From Candidatus Calescibacterium sp. (GTDB taxonomy: Bacteria; Calescibacteriota; Calescibacteriia; Calescibacteriales; Calescibacteriaceae), in contig JAVVGL010000002.1 in NCBI GenBank assembly GCA_032249135.1, positions 64,001 to 128,000 on the forward strand: a DNA stretch of 64,000 nt, written 5' to 3'. Numbering within the stretch: the stretch's first letter is position 1; each line of letters opens with the position of its first letter. The notes under the pieces were generated by a model. That model saw only the letters and a program-made list of their open reading frames with translations. It was not told the DNA's origin and made no database searches. Below, in pieces: positions 1-9,468 of the stretch. The position numbers were made by a program, and so were the translations under genes.

Positions 1-933
1 AGAAGCAACGGAAGAAGGCTCAAGTTTCTCCCTGAGATCAAAAAAAATTGCTCTTTGATTTAAAGGTCTCCATCTTGGAAAATCTTCTTTGTAATATAAA
101 CCTGCTGACGGAATATCAAAAAAAGATGAAATATGAATTGGTCCAGATGATGTAGAGAATATACCAGATGAAAATTTTATAACAGAACAAAGCCGACCGA
201 AATCTGTCAAGTTTATAAGAGAAGTTCCTTTCAGCTTTGACAAATTTGAGTTAATATTTTTTTTTCCAATCCATACCACATCAAAATTGATTTGCCTCTC
301 AACCTCAATCCAAAAATCAAAAGGTAAAGTCGGAGAAGACCCACCAGAAAAAGGATGAAAAACTATATATTTTCTGTTCAGAAGGCTGAATTTTTTGAGA
401 AAATCAAAGTCGGGCTCAAAATCTAACTCTGGTTTCAAGTTATAAAAAAGCTCATCCTGTGGAGGTAAATCATGAATAAAATCTTTGAGGAGCAAAAGAT
501 TGTAATAAGCTTCGTGAAACCTATTTTCTTTTCTACTTATATTGACCCGATGATTAAATAAGAAAGAGAAGAATCTCCGAGAAGTTCCTACAACAATTTT
601 TGAAACCAATCTACAAAGCAAAGCAGTAGAAAGTCTTGGGAAAAGGACAAAAGAAAAATCAAATTTGATTTTTGATAGCTCAAAAAGCAACAAAAAAAAG
701 CTTTCAATTCTTATCTCTCCTCTCTCACCCGAAATTTCAGCTTCAAAAACTCCATCCACATATCTATTTTTTACGAAGAAAGCATTTCCTTTTTTCACAA
801 GAAAAAAAATCTTTGAGTTTGGAAACCTTGATTTTAAAAACTTAACGAATGGTATTGATAAAATCAGATCACCTATTTTATCTGTTCTTGAAACCAATAT
901 CTTTTTTCCATCAAAATTAATTCCATTATACAT
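1..933 (-). CDS. Glycosyltransferase family 9 (LPS heptosyltransferase-like), 3' end runs off window
   Basis: Not in ORF track. Manual translation from ATG at 933 gives MYNGINFDGKKILVSRTDKIGDLILSIP, then YIVFHPFSGGSSP and STSSGPIHIS, all GT9-type motifs. Confidence 0.85.
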   Translation of the reverse strand, partial: MYNGINFDGKKILVSRTDKIGDLILSIPFVKFLKSRFPNSKIFFLVKKGNAFFVKNRYVDGVFEAEISGERGEIRIESFFLLLFELSKIKFDFSFVLFPRLSTALLCRLVSKIVVGTSRRFFSFLFNHRVNISRKENRFHEAYYNLLLLKDFIHDLPPQDELFYNLKPELDFEPDFDFLKKFSLLNRKYIVFHPFSGGSSPTLPFDFWIEVERQINFDVVWIGKKNINSNLSKLKGTSLINLTDFGRLCSVIKFSSGIFSTSSGPIHISSFFDIPSAGLYYKEDFPRWRPLNQRAIFFDLREKLEPSSVAS

Positions 934-984
934 ATACACGATAAGCTATCATTTAAAATTTCCAATTTATTTTAAATTTGCAAT

Positions 985-2364
985 TTATTTTAAACTTCCG
1001 ATTTCATTCATAACTCTTTTTTCAAAGTTGTAGTAAGAAAATCGGGAGATAAGATGAGCAATACTGCCTTTCAGCGCGCGCCATCTATTTTCTAAAATTC
1101 TCATTTTTTCGCGAACAAAATAAGGATTGGTGCTTTGTGGAGTTCTTTTCATCTGCAAAGATTCCTCAAAAGTTAAGTTTTCAGGTAACCTCTGATGTAT
1201 CTTGATGTGTTCGCCTATAAATTTATGAACTTCTCTATAACTCATCTTTTTTTCTCTGAAAATTTTTTCTGCAACATCTGTTGCAAGTATGTAATATGGC
1301 AAATTTCTCTTTTTTGCGGAAATATTCTTGAAGACCTGTGAGATAGCAAAGAGGATTGAATAGAACTCGTCAAAGGCTTCAAAGAGAATTTTTTTATCTT
1401 CCTGAAAATCTTTTGAATATCCTGATACAATGCCCTTTTCAAGAGCGAAAAAGCTTGAAAGATATCCTAAAAATTTTGAAGCTTTACCTCTTATGAGCTC
1501 AAGAGTATCTGGGTTTTTCTTCTGAGGCATCATACTTGAACCAGTACAAACTTTATCTCCAATTTCAACAAATCCTATATCTTCTGCTGAAAGGAAAATG
1601 AGATCTTCTGCTATTTTAGAAAACAGCAGAGCGAATGTAGAGAAAACGAAAATAAGTTCATAGAGAGTGTCCCTTCTTCCGGTTGAATCAAGGCTATTAT
1701 CAGAAATGCGCGAGAATCCGAGCAAAAAAGCGGCTTTTTTGACATCAGATATGATTGAAGTTCCGGCTCCCGCTCCACTTCCCATATGACAAATATCAAA
1801 GCGCAAAAGCACATCTTTAAATCTTTCCACACATCTTAAAAATCCAGTTATATAAGAAAGTATGAGATGGGAAAAAAGTATAGGTTGAGCATATCTCGTG
1901 TGGGTCATAAATGGTATTATGATATCTTGATATTTTTGAGCACATGAAAGCATAGAATAAAAGACATTTTTCATTTCATCTAAAATTTTCTGAGATTCCC
2001 GCATTACCCAAAGATATACAGCAGTTATGACCTCATCATTTCTTGATCTACCAGCTCTTATATTCATCCCTATATCTTCTCCACACTCCCGTGCTATAAA
2101 ATACTCAACAGCAGAATGAACATCTTCAAAATCATCTGGTTTGCTTGAAAGAACCGCTTTTATAACTTTTTCTCTTGATGAAAAAATCATTCTTAATTTC
2201 TCTTTTGGAATAAAACCTTCATCAGATAACAAAACAGAGTGAACAAATGTGATATCAAACACCTCGGGAGCAAGTCGTGAATCAAAAGAAAATGAGTCAA
2301 GAAATTTTCTCAGTGTTCCTTCAACCTCTTCTTTGAAAACTCCTCCCCAAAGCCTCTTTTCCAT
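985..2364 (-). CDS. argH: Argininosuccinate lyase
   Basis: N-terminal LWGG, EDVHSAVE, GRSRND and the fumarase/ASL signature GSSMMPQKKNPDTLELIRGK. Confidence 0.95.
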   Translation of the reverse strand: MEKRLWGGVFKEEVEGTLRKFLDSFSFDSRLAPEVFDITFVHSVLLSDEGFIPKEKLRMIFSSREKVIKAVLSSKPDDFEDVHSAVEYFIARECGEDIGMNIRAGRSRNDEVITAVYLWVMRESQKILDEMKNVFYSMLSCAQKYQDIIIPFMTHTRYAQPILFSHLILSYITGFLRCVERFKDVLLRFDICHMGSGAGAGTSIISDVKKAAFLLGFSRISDNSLDSTGRRDTLYELIFVFSTFALLFSKIAEDLIFLSAEDIGFVEIGDKVCTGSSMMPQKKNPDTLELIRGKASKFLGYLSSFFALEKGIVSGYSKDFQEDKKILFEAFDEFYSILFAISQVFKNISAKKRNLPYYILATDVAEKIFREKKMSYREVHKFIGEHIKIHQRLPENLTFEESLQMKRTPQSTNPYFVREKMRILENRWRALKGSIAHLISRFSYYNFEKRVMNEIGSLK

Positions 2365-2446
2365 AATAGATTGAATTTACCCAAACGTATCAAAAGTTCC
2401 GCAAAGCCAAAAATTTCGAAACAAAAATAAAACAAGGAAAAAATAA

Positions 2447-2689
2447 AAATTAGTCAAAGAACAGACATACTATGATGAAGAAGCTGATGTTTTATATATT
2501 AACTTTAAAAAGCCAAGCCATGCAGACGACCCAGAACTCACCGACGACGACATAATAATCAGATATGAAAAGGGGAAAATTGTAGGAATTACAATCCTTA
2601 ACGCAAGCAGATGGAAAAAATTTTCAAAAAATACAATATATCAGGGTATTGGAAAGGAAAGAAAGGCATCTGAAAGAAGCAAAGAGTAA
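2447..2689 (+). pseudogene. DUF2283-family small protein remnant, no start codon
   Basis: Open frame after TAA 2444-2446 reads KLVKEQTYYDEEADVLYINFKKPSHADDPELTDDDIIIRYEKGKIVGITILNASRW... to TAA 2689. YDxEADVLYI...IVGITILNAS is the DUF2283 pattern. No ATG/GTG/TTG precedes the domain. Confidence 0.75.
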
Positions 2690-2805
2690 AAAAACAAAAA
2701 ATAAAAGTGCAAAATCAAAAGTAATCCTATTCAGACAAAAAAAGTTGCAAAAAACGGAATTTTTATTATTTCAAGATTAAAATAAAATATAATAAGAAAG
2801 TAAAT

Positions 2806-2882
2806 TCCCCGGTAGCTCAATTTGGCAGAGCGGGCGGCTGTTAACCGCCAGGTTGCAGGTTCGAGTCCTGCCCGGGGAGCCA
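2806..2882 (+). tRNA. tRNA-Asn(GTT)
   Basis: TCCCCGG/CCGGGGA acceptor stem, anticodon loop CTGTTAA, GGTTCGAGTCC T-arm, encoded CCA. Confidence 0.97.
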
Positions 2883-3092
2883 CTTCAATAACAAGCAGAA
2901 CAATTAACAAAATTTTTATCATGTACGGATAGATCAGAATTTAAGTTGATCAGGAAAGGTTATGAAACGGTTATTTTTAGATGATCTTTGAAAAATCCCC
3001 CATAATTTTGAAAAATTTTGAGAGGTAAGACTGGAAACGAAAAATAGAGAAAAAAGATAAAAAATAAAAGAAGCGTATAAAATTATAATAAT

Positions 3093-3635
3093 ATGGCAGA
3101 ACCATTCCTGACAACAAGAGTAGATAAGTTCAAGGATTTCCTAAAAGGGCTAACAACATGGAGCAGGAAATGGTCATTCTGGCCTATTCCTATTGGAACC
3201 GCTTGCTGCGCAATAGAATACATGGCAGTTGTAGCATCTCACTTTGATATTTCAAGGTGGGGAGCAGAGGTTGTTCGGTTTTCCCCAAGACAGGCTGACC
3301 TTATGGTAGTTGCAGGAACAATAACAAGGAAAATGGCTGATGTTGTAAGAAGAGTTTGGGAGCAAATGGCGGAGCCAAAATGGGTAATATCATTTGGCTC
3401 CTGTGCATCTACGGGAAACGGAATATATCAGACATATTCCGTACTTGATGGTATAGATAAGGTTATACCGGTTGATGTATATGTTGCTGGGTGTCCTCCA
3501 AGACCTGAAGCGCTTCTTGAAGCTCTTGAATACCTTCAGCAGAAAATAGAGGGGAAAAGAGAGATTTTTGAAAAACTTAAACAAAAAGGAAGAATAATTG
3601 AGGAGAAAGGAAGAACAATAATCATAGGTGGTTAA
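3093..3635 (+). CDS. nuoB: NADH-quinone oxidoreductase subunit B
   Basis: GTACCAIE, RFSPRQADLMVVAGT, PKWVISFGSCA, PVDVYVAGCPPRPE. Confidence 0.96.
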   Translation: MAEPFLTTRVDKFKDFLKGLTTWSRKWSFWPIPIGTACCAIEYMAVVASHFDISRWGAEVVRFSPRQADLMVVAGTITRKMADVVRRVWEQMAEPKWVISFGSCASTGNGIYQTYSVLDGIDKVIPVDVYVAGCPPRPEALLEALEYLQQKIEGKREIFEKLKQKGRIIEEKGRTIIIGG

Positions 3636-3709
3636 ACGAAGTAAAAGCAAAAAGTCAAAAAAACAGAAAAAGAAAAAAAGTCTTTGATAAATCAAAAAAG
3701 TATAGAGAT

Positions 3710-3991
3710 ATGAGAGTGATTGCAGAAAGAAGAGAAAAGTTAGGGAAAGAAAATGCAAAAAAAATTAGGAGGCAAGGTTTCATTCCAGCAGTAATATATG
3801 GAAACGGTAAAGTATATGAACACATAAAAGTAAAATTCTCAGATATGATGAAAATCCTAAAAGAAGGAAAGACGGAATTTGAAATAGCAGTTGGTGAGAA
3901 AGTTTATAAAGTCAGATTAAAAGATGTTCAAATAGATCCAATTACAGATAAGCCAATACACTTTGATTTCTATTACAAAGAAGAAAATTAA
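3710..3991 (+). CDS. rplY: 50S ribosomal protein L25 (short form, no CTC extension)
   Basis: RRQGFIPAVIYG and VQIDPITDKPIHFDFY; 93 aa. Confidence 0.93.
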   Translation: MRVIAERREKLGKENAKKIRRQGFIPAVIYGNGKVYEHIKVKFSDMMKILKEGKTEFEIAVGEKVYKVRLKDVQIDPITDKPIHFDFYYKEEN

Positions 3992-4047
3992 GAGAAAAAA
4001 GAAAGGGAAATGAGAAAAGTAGAAGCGAGTAAAATCAGAGAAAAAGA

Positions 4048-4866
4048 GTGAGTAAAATTGGCAAAATCGTTTCAATTTCCTTATTCTTTTCAAGCGGTTT
4101 CATAGTAGGCTCAATAATATTCTTCCCGTGGGATATTGTGGCAAATTATATAAACTCAAAATCAGATATGGTATATATATCATCTGCCTCTTTCTCACCA
4201 CCGGTAGGTGTAAAATTTGAGAATGTGAACCTGAAAATAGATAATAAAGTTTTCAAAATAGATGAAATAAAAATAAAACCATCTTTGCTCTCACCAATAT
4301 ACATAATCTTTGGGAGGATTTCCGTAAAAATTGGATTAGAAACCCAGAGATCAGATGCAGATTTGGAATTGAAAATGATCAAGAGAGAAAAAAACAAGTT
4401 TATCCCTTATTTCATAAAATTAGATGGCAAGGTAGGAATTGATGATATTATGAAAATAATTCAGCTTGAAGGCAAAGGAGAACTGAAAATAAATGCAGAA
4501 ATAAAAGGTGAAATAGATAATCCACAGAAATTGAACGGAAAAATCAGAATACAATCATCAGATGGGAAAGGGAAAAATATAGTTGTATTGAAAAACACAG
4601 AAAAAATTCATATCCCGGTTGAGGGAGAATTTGATCTTGGCAAAGTAGATATATATGCAACAATAAAAGAAGGGATCATAACATTTGAAAATGTAAATTT
4701 AAAAGAAGGAAATATAGAAGGTGTAATTTCTGGTTCAATAAAACTTGAAAAAGATTTGTCAAACTCCCAACTTAATCTTGATCTGGATATAAAACCAAAA
4801 ATCTTGAACATTCCTCCTCAAAAACTAAAAATAAGAGGTACAATATCAAAACCACAGGTAGGATAG
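4048..4866 (+). CDS. Type II secretion system protein GspN-like
   Basis: N-terminal TM followed by FPWD, beta-rich body, C-terminal LKIRGTISKP resembling deltaproteobacterial GspN. Confidence 0.6.
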   Translation: MSKIGKIVSISLFFSSGFIVGSIIFFPWDIVANYINSKSDMVYISSASFSPPVGVKFENVNLKIDNKVFKIDEIKIKPSLLSPIYIIFGRISVKIGLETQRSDADLELKMIKREKNKFIPYFIKLDGKVGIDDIMKIIQLEGKGELKINAEIKGEIDNPQKLNGKIRIQSSDGKGKNIVVLKNTEKIHIPVEGEFDLGKVDIYATIKEGIITFENVNLKEGNIEGVISGSIKLEKDLSNSQLNLDLDIKPKILNIPPQKLKIRGTISKPQVG

Positions 4867-4895
4867 CATATTCAAGGTAAGATAGCATATTCAAT

Positions 4896-5402
4896 TCAAG
4901 ATGGAAAATTTCTCTCGCTTCTTATTTTCTTTATTATATTTGATGTAGAAAATCCTTCAACTAATTTAACTCTGATAACTTTTCCCCCCTTACTTTTTAC
5001 AAAGTCTGCTCCAACTATTTTATCTTCTGACCAGTCTTCTCCTTTCACAAGAACATCTGGTTCAATTTCTTTTATCAATTTTTCAGGTGTATCTTCAGAA
5101 AAAGGAACAACATAATCAACGGATTCAATAGCAGCTAAAACTATCTGACGAGCAGATAAAGGTAAAATTGGTCTATCTTGCCCTTTCAATCTCCTTATAG
5201 AATCATCATCATTTATACCCACTATCAAAACATCACCTTGTTTTTTAGCTTCAAACAAAATTTTTACGTGTCCCGGATGAATTATATCAAAGCATCCGTT
5301 AGTGAAGACTATGATTTTGCCTTTTGATTTCAAGTCTTTCACAAGCTCTCTCAAACTATCTTGCGAAAGAATTATCTTCTCCTCTGGAAGCCTGATTTTC
5401 AT
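4896..5402 (-). CDS. rfaE2: D-glycero-beta-D-manno-heptose 1-phosphate adenylyltransferase (RfaE domain II)
   Basis: VFTNGCFDIIHPGH, GINDDDSIRRLKG..RP, PDVLVKG.DW, GFSTSNII. Confidence 0.93.
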   Translation of the reverse strand: MKIRLPEEKIILSQDSLRELVKDLKSKGKIIVFTNGCFDIIHPGHVKILFEAKKQGDVLIVGINDDDSIRRLKGQDRPILPLSARQIVLAAIESVDYVVPFSEDTPEKLIKEIEPDVLVKGEDWSEDKIVGADFVKSKGGKVIRVKLVEGFSTSNIIKKIRSERNFPS

Positions 5403-5716
5403 TTGACAATAATTTCTTTCATTATTTCCCTGTGTCTTTGTTCTGCTCTTTCGTCCATCTTATCAAGAATCATTTTTGTTTCCCTACTACTTTCTTGAAT
5501 GAGCCTCTGAGTTCTTTCTCCCCATTCCTTGATCAATTCTCTGGTTTCTTTGATGTCTTCTCTGATTTCTCTTATCAATTTTTCAGTTCTTATTCCTTGA
5601 ATAAAGCTCAATACGCCTAATATTAGTCCTAAAAGTGTGATAAGGATGGCGTGGTCGGGAGGTAAAAGAATCCAGCTTAATCCTATAACTCCTCCAAAGA
5701 AAATTAGTTCAAACAT
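5399..5716 (-). CDS. Hypothetical small protein, two hydrophobic segments plus C-terminal coiled coil
   Basis: 105-aa ORF with hydrophobic N-half and charged heptad-like C-half (MDERAEQRHRE). Stop overlaps rfaE2 start (ATGA). Confidence 0.7.
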   Translation of the reverse strand: MFELIFFGGVIGLSWILLPPDHAILITLLGLILGVLSFIQGIRTEKLIREIREDIKETRELIKEWGERTQRLIQESSRETKMILDKMDERAEQRHREIMKEIIVK

Positions 5717-5768
5717 AATAAAATTTTAATGCAAAAATCGTTATTATTTTCTTTCCTCCTTTATTTTC

Positions 5769-6431
5769 TCATTTTGTGTATATTATTTTCCAACCAAATT
5801 TTTTTGCAAACTTTTTGAGCTTCGGGTCAGGATTAACAGCAACAGGATTCCCAACAGAAAGAAGAGTATCAAAATCATAAAAGCTATCTGTATAAAAGAA
5901 ACTTTCGGTCAAATCTATGTTATTTTCCCTTGCAAATTTTCTCATCCAAAATGTTTTTCCCCTGCCTATGCACATCGGTTCAACAACCTTACCTGTAAAT
6001 TTTCCGTCTTTTACTTCAAGCTCAATAGCGATAACATTTTCTATCCCTAAAAATTTCGCTATTGGTTCTATAAGTATTTTGAAGTTCGCTGAAAGTATAG
6101 CAATTTGATGTCCCGATCTTTTATGCTCTTCTATAAGTTTGACAGCTCCTGGTAGTATGTATTTTAGAGCTCTTTCGTATACTGACTGTGCAAGCTCTCC
6201 AAACTTTTCCAAATCCATTCCCTCCATATCTTCAATATTGTTTCTTAGCACATCTTCTGCTTTAAGAAGGTTGAACCTATATTTTATGAGCCAAAAATAC
6301 CATAAAATAAACCTGAATTTAGATACCATATTTTTTCTTATAAGCTCCTCACCAATTAGTCTATAAAGGTCCTTCCCAACAATAACATAATCTAAATCAA
6401 AGAAAGCTCCGATTTTTTTTGGATTTGACAT
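5769..6431 (-). CDS. HAD-superfamily subfamily IB hydrolase
   Basis: AFFDLDYV motif I, ILSA motif II, K and YTDSFYD motif IV, GNPVAVNPDPKL. Start reassigned to ATG 6431 (MSNPKK) because the longer ORF overlaps the fur start. Confidence 0.88.
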   Translation of the reverse strand: MSNPKKIGAFFDLDYVIVGKDLYRLIGEELIRKNMVSKFRFILWYFWLIKYRFNLLKAEDVLRNNIEDMEGMDLEKFGELAQSVYERALKYILPGAVKLIEEHKRSGHQIAILSANFKILIEPIAKFLGIENVIAIELEVKDGKFTGKVVEPMCIGRGKTFWMRKFARENNIDLTESFFYTDSFYDFDTLLSVGNPVAVNPDPKLKKFAKKFGWKIIYTK

Positions 6432-6545
6432 CTGCAAAAGAAAAATTTTTGTTTCAAAAAATCTCTTGGATAGAAAAATTAAAAAAAAGAAAAATTTTAA
6501 GGAAAAAGGGAAAAAATTAAAAGAAATCGGCAAAATTTTTAGTAT

Positions 6546-6980
6546 ATGAATGAGCAACCAAAAATCAAAATAGCAGAAGAGTTAAGAAAGAAGGGAATAA
6601 AAGCAACCCCCCAAAGAATTTCAATATACAAAAAAATAACAGAATCTTGCGGTCATGTCACAGCAGAAGAAATTTATGAGAGAATAAAAAACGAAGTTCC
6701 ATCACTTTCTCTTAGCACAGTTTATAGAACACTAAAACAATTTGAGAATAAAGGGATAATATTTTCTCTATCTTCATCGGGAGAATATGGCGTTACAATT
6801 TTTGATACAAATCTAAATCCACACCACCACTTTATATGTAAAATTTGCAATACTATAATAGATATACCAGCAGAATCAATAAAAGTTGAAACCAAAAAAA
6901 ATATTCCCGGAAAAGGAGAAATGGTATCTGTGGTGATAAAAGGAGTATGTGACAACTGCTCAAAGAGAAAGAAAAATTGA
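6546..6980 (+). CDS. Fur-family transcriptional regulator (PerR-like)
   Basis: TPQR, H.TAEEIY, SLSTVYRTL, HHHFICKIC and C-terminal GVCDNC. Confidence 0.93.
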   Translation: MNEQPKIKIAEELRKKGIKATPQRISIYKKITESCGHVTAEEIYERIKNEVPSLSLSTVYRTLKQFENKGIIFSLSSSGEYGVTIFDTNLNPHHHFICKICNTIIDIPAESIKVETKKNIPGKGEMVSVVIKGVCDNCSKRKKN

Positions 6981-7040
6981 AAAACAACACAACTAAACAA
7001 AACAAAGAAAATTAAAGGTTAAAAGGGGGTGTAAAGTATT

Positions 7041-7994
7041 ATGGCAAGACTTCTTGAAGGGAAAGTGGCAGTAGTAACGGGAGCAGGAAGAGGGATAGGA
7101 AGAGAAGAGGCTATTATGCTTGCTCAACACGGTGCAAAAGTAGTAGTAAATGACCCAGGAGTTAGCTTTTCAGGAGAAGGAAAAGAAACCCGTGTTGCAG
7201 ATGAAGTCGTTGAAGAAATAAAAAAGCTGGGGGGAGAAGCCGTTGCAAACTATGACTTCGTAGATGACTTTGAAGGAGCTAAAAGAATAATCCAAACAGC
7301 AATAGATACATTCGGGAAAATAGATATACTTGTAAACAACGCAGGAATCCTCAGAGACAAAATGGTTTTTAATATGCAAGAGGAAGATTGGGATAAGGTT
7401 ATAGCAGTTCATCTCAAGGGAACTTTCAACTGCACACATCACGCATGTGTTTGGTGGAGAAATCAAGCAAAAGCAGGAAAACCCGTTTCAGGAAGAATAA
7501 TAAACACAACATCAGATGCGGGACTTTTAGGTAATATCGGACAATCTAACTATGGAGCAGCAAAAGCGGGAATAGCTGCATTTACAATAATCGTCGCAGA
7601 AGAAATGGCAAAATATGGGGTCACAGTAAATGCAATCGCCCCGGTAGCAAGAACAAGATTAACAACAGAAGCGACTCCACAGCTCGCAGCAATATTTGAA
7701 TCAGTTGCTAATGCTCCATTTGATGTTCTCAACCCAAAATCAATCGCTCCCCTTGTTGTATATCTTGCATCAGACAAATCAGCAGGTATAACAGGACAAG
7801 TGTTCAGAATAGTTGGAAACATGATATGGCTTATGGGGGGATGGAGATCTGTCTCAAAACGCAAAAAAGACAAAAAAGAATACTGGACCCCAGAAGAACT
7901 TGATAGTGTAATAAGAGAAATGCTAAAAGAAGCTCCTCCGAAAGAAAGTATGATGGAGATAATGCAAGAGGTCCTAAAAGAAGCACAAGGATAA
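7041..7994 (+). CDS. Short-chain dehydrogenase/reductase (3-hydroxyacyl-CoA dehydrogenase-like)
   Basis: TGAGRGIG, VVVND, NNAGILRD, YGAAK catalytic motif; GGGGGT SD upstream. Confidence 0.93.
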   Translation: MARLLEGKVAVVTGAGRGIGREEAIMLAQHGAKVVVNDPGVSFSGEGKETRVADEVVEEIKKLGGEAVANYDFVDDFEGAKRIIQTAIDTFGKIDILVNNAGILRDKMVFNMQEEDWDKVIAVHLKGTFNCTHHACVWWRNQAKAGKPVSGRIINTTSDAGLLGNIGQSNYGAAKAGIAAFTIIVAEEMAKYGVTVNAIAPVARTRLTTEATPQLAAIFESVANAPFDVLNPKSIAPLVVYLASDKSAGITGQVFRIVGNMIWLMGGWRSVSKRKKDKKEYWTPEELDSVIREMLKEAPPKESMMEIMQEVLKEAQG

Positions 7995-8036
7995 AAGAGA
8001 ATAAAAAGAAGGAGGAAAAATAAAAAATAAAAAACC

Positions 8037-8240
8037 ATGCCGAAGTTAAGAACTTCTAAAACAGTAGCAAAAAGAATAAGGATAACGAAAAGCGGTAAAG
8101 TGAAATTCTGGCGTTCAGGTTGGAGCCATTATAAAACAGGGAAATCATCAAAATGGAAAAGACAGATGCGAAAACCTTCAATAGTTGAGAATAAAGCTTT
8201 TGAAAAAATAGTGAAAGAATCGCTGAAAAGATCTCCGTAA
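8037..8240 (+). CDS. rpmI: 50S ribosomal protein L35
   Basis: MPKLRTSKTVAKRIRITKSGKV...H...K.SKWKRQMRK; 67 aa. Confidence 0.92.
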   Translation: MPKLRTSKTVAKRIRITKSGKVKFWRSGWSHYKTGKSSKWKRQMRKPSIVENKAFEKIVKESLKRSP

Positions 8241-9302
8241 TCAGATAAATCCGCAAGCTGCAAGAAAAGATTTTCGCTCCTCAGGTTTTCCATCACATAC
8301 TTTTCCTCTTTTTAAAGCCTGACATCCTCCCCTGCACTCAGTATATATTGAACACGAGGGACAACCTTTGAGGGGGGTTCTGAAATACTTGAAACGCTGG
8401 TTATTTTTCCATATATCAAAAAATCTTTCTTCAATTATGTTGCCTGCTTTGAAAAAGTTGTAATCTCTCAGGAAACCACAAGGGAAAACATCGCCGTTAA
8501 CTTTCACTGTCGCAAAAGTGGTACCGGCAGGACAGATAGAACACTCAGCAGGCAAATCGCCAAAGAAAGTTTTCAATGAGCAATCAAGTTCAATTTCAAA
8601 ATCTTCATAATTCCCATTTATATTCCTCACATCATTCATAATTTTTATTATCATCTCATTTCTGAGAACAAGATTTGATACATTTTTCCCTCTACCTTCT
8701 GGAATGAAAGCTAAAATAAATAATTTTTTTGCCCCAAGATTCTTTGAGAGCTCTGCCATATCTTGAATGAATTCGTAGTTTTCATCTGTTGCAACAAAAG
8801 AAACTATTACATGAAACCCAAAAGAAGAGAGCATACGAATGGCGTCGCATGTTCTCTCAAATGTATTTGGTCCTCTTATTTTTTCGTGTAATTCTTTGGT
8901 TGGACCATCCAAACTCACAAAAATATATTTGAGTCCAGTCTCTTTAAGTCTCAAAGCCATCTTTTCGGTTATAAAATAACCTGCTGTACTCAAATATAAA
9001 TTTGGAATTCTTTCCAGAGTGTACTCTATTGCTTCGTAAATATGTGGATAGGCAAGAGGTTCTCCCCCTATTATGTCAATGGCTTCAACACCAATCTTAG
9101 CACAATCATCAACAAGCTCTTTATATTTTTCTATTGGTAAATCTACTTTCCCCTCTCCACCTCCCACACTACAATGAATGCATCTTAGAGGACACCTTAA
9201 AGTTATTTCAACTTCAAGAAGCCGCAGAGGATATATTTTATTACAGTGTACGGAACTGTTATAGTATATAGTACCGGCATATCCTAATTTCACTCCCTCC
9301 AT
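8241..9302 (-). CDS. Radical SAM/SPASM domain protein
   Basis: CPLRCIHC, GGEPL, VSLDG...HEKIRG, SPASM CPAG...GDVFPC...CPSCSIYTECRGGC...C; strong AGGAGGT SD. Confidence 0.92.
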   Translation of the reverse strand: MEGVKLGYAGTIYYNSSVHCNKIYPLRLLEVEITLRCPLRCIHCSVGGGEGKVDLPIEKYKELVDDCAKIGVEAIDIIGGEPLAYPHIYEAIEYTLERIPNLYLSTAGYFITEKMALRLKETGLKYIFVSLDGPTKELHEKIRGPNTFERTCDAIRMLSSFGFHVIVSFVATDENYEFIQDMAELSKNLGAKKLFILAFIPEGRGKNVSNLVLRNEMIIKIMNDVRNINGNYEDFEIELDCSLKTFFGDLPAECSICPAGTTFATVKVNGDVFPCGFLRDYNFFKAGNIIEERFFDIWKNNQRFKYFRTPLKGCPSCSIYTECRGGCQALKRGKVCDGKPEERKSFLAACGFI

Positions 9303-9383
9303 TTTTGCTTACCTCCTTTTTATCTTGTAATCAAAAAGTGATCTGTTGAGAACTTTATAATGAAAAATTTTTTGAAGAGCTTG

Positions 9384-9427
9384 AATGGTTTTACTATTAG
9401 CTTAGAAAGCTGCTGGTATAAACCATT
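9384..9427. other. 44-nt imperfect inverted repeat between DUF1015 gene and radical SAM gene
   Basis: AATGGTTT-TACTA-TT-AGCTT-AGA-AAGCT-GC-TGGTA-T-AAACCATT forms nested complementary arms. Confidence 0.6.
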
Positions 9428-9468
9428 AGAAATTGTATTTATGTCAGAAATTATACTTGTGTCAGAAA

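Noticed and set aside
2731-2922. ORF-track entries overlapping tRNAs (also 47860-48045)
   Set aside because: They are antisense translations of tRNA genes.
2400-3092. Integrative element at tRNA-Asn (tRNA-Cys and tRNA-Gly also checked)
   Set aside because: No duplicated tRNA 3' end and no integrase seen in the window.
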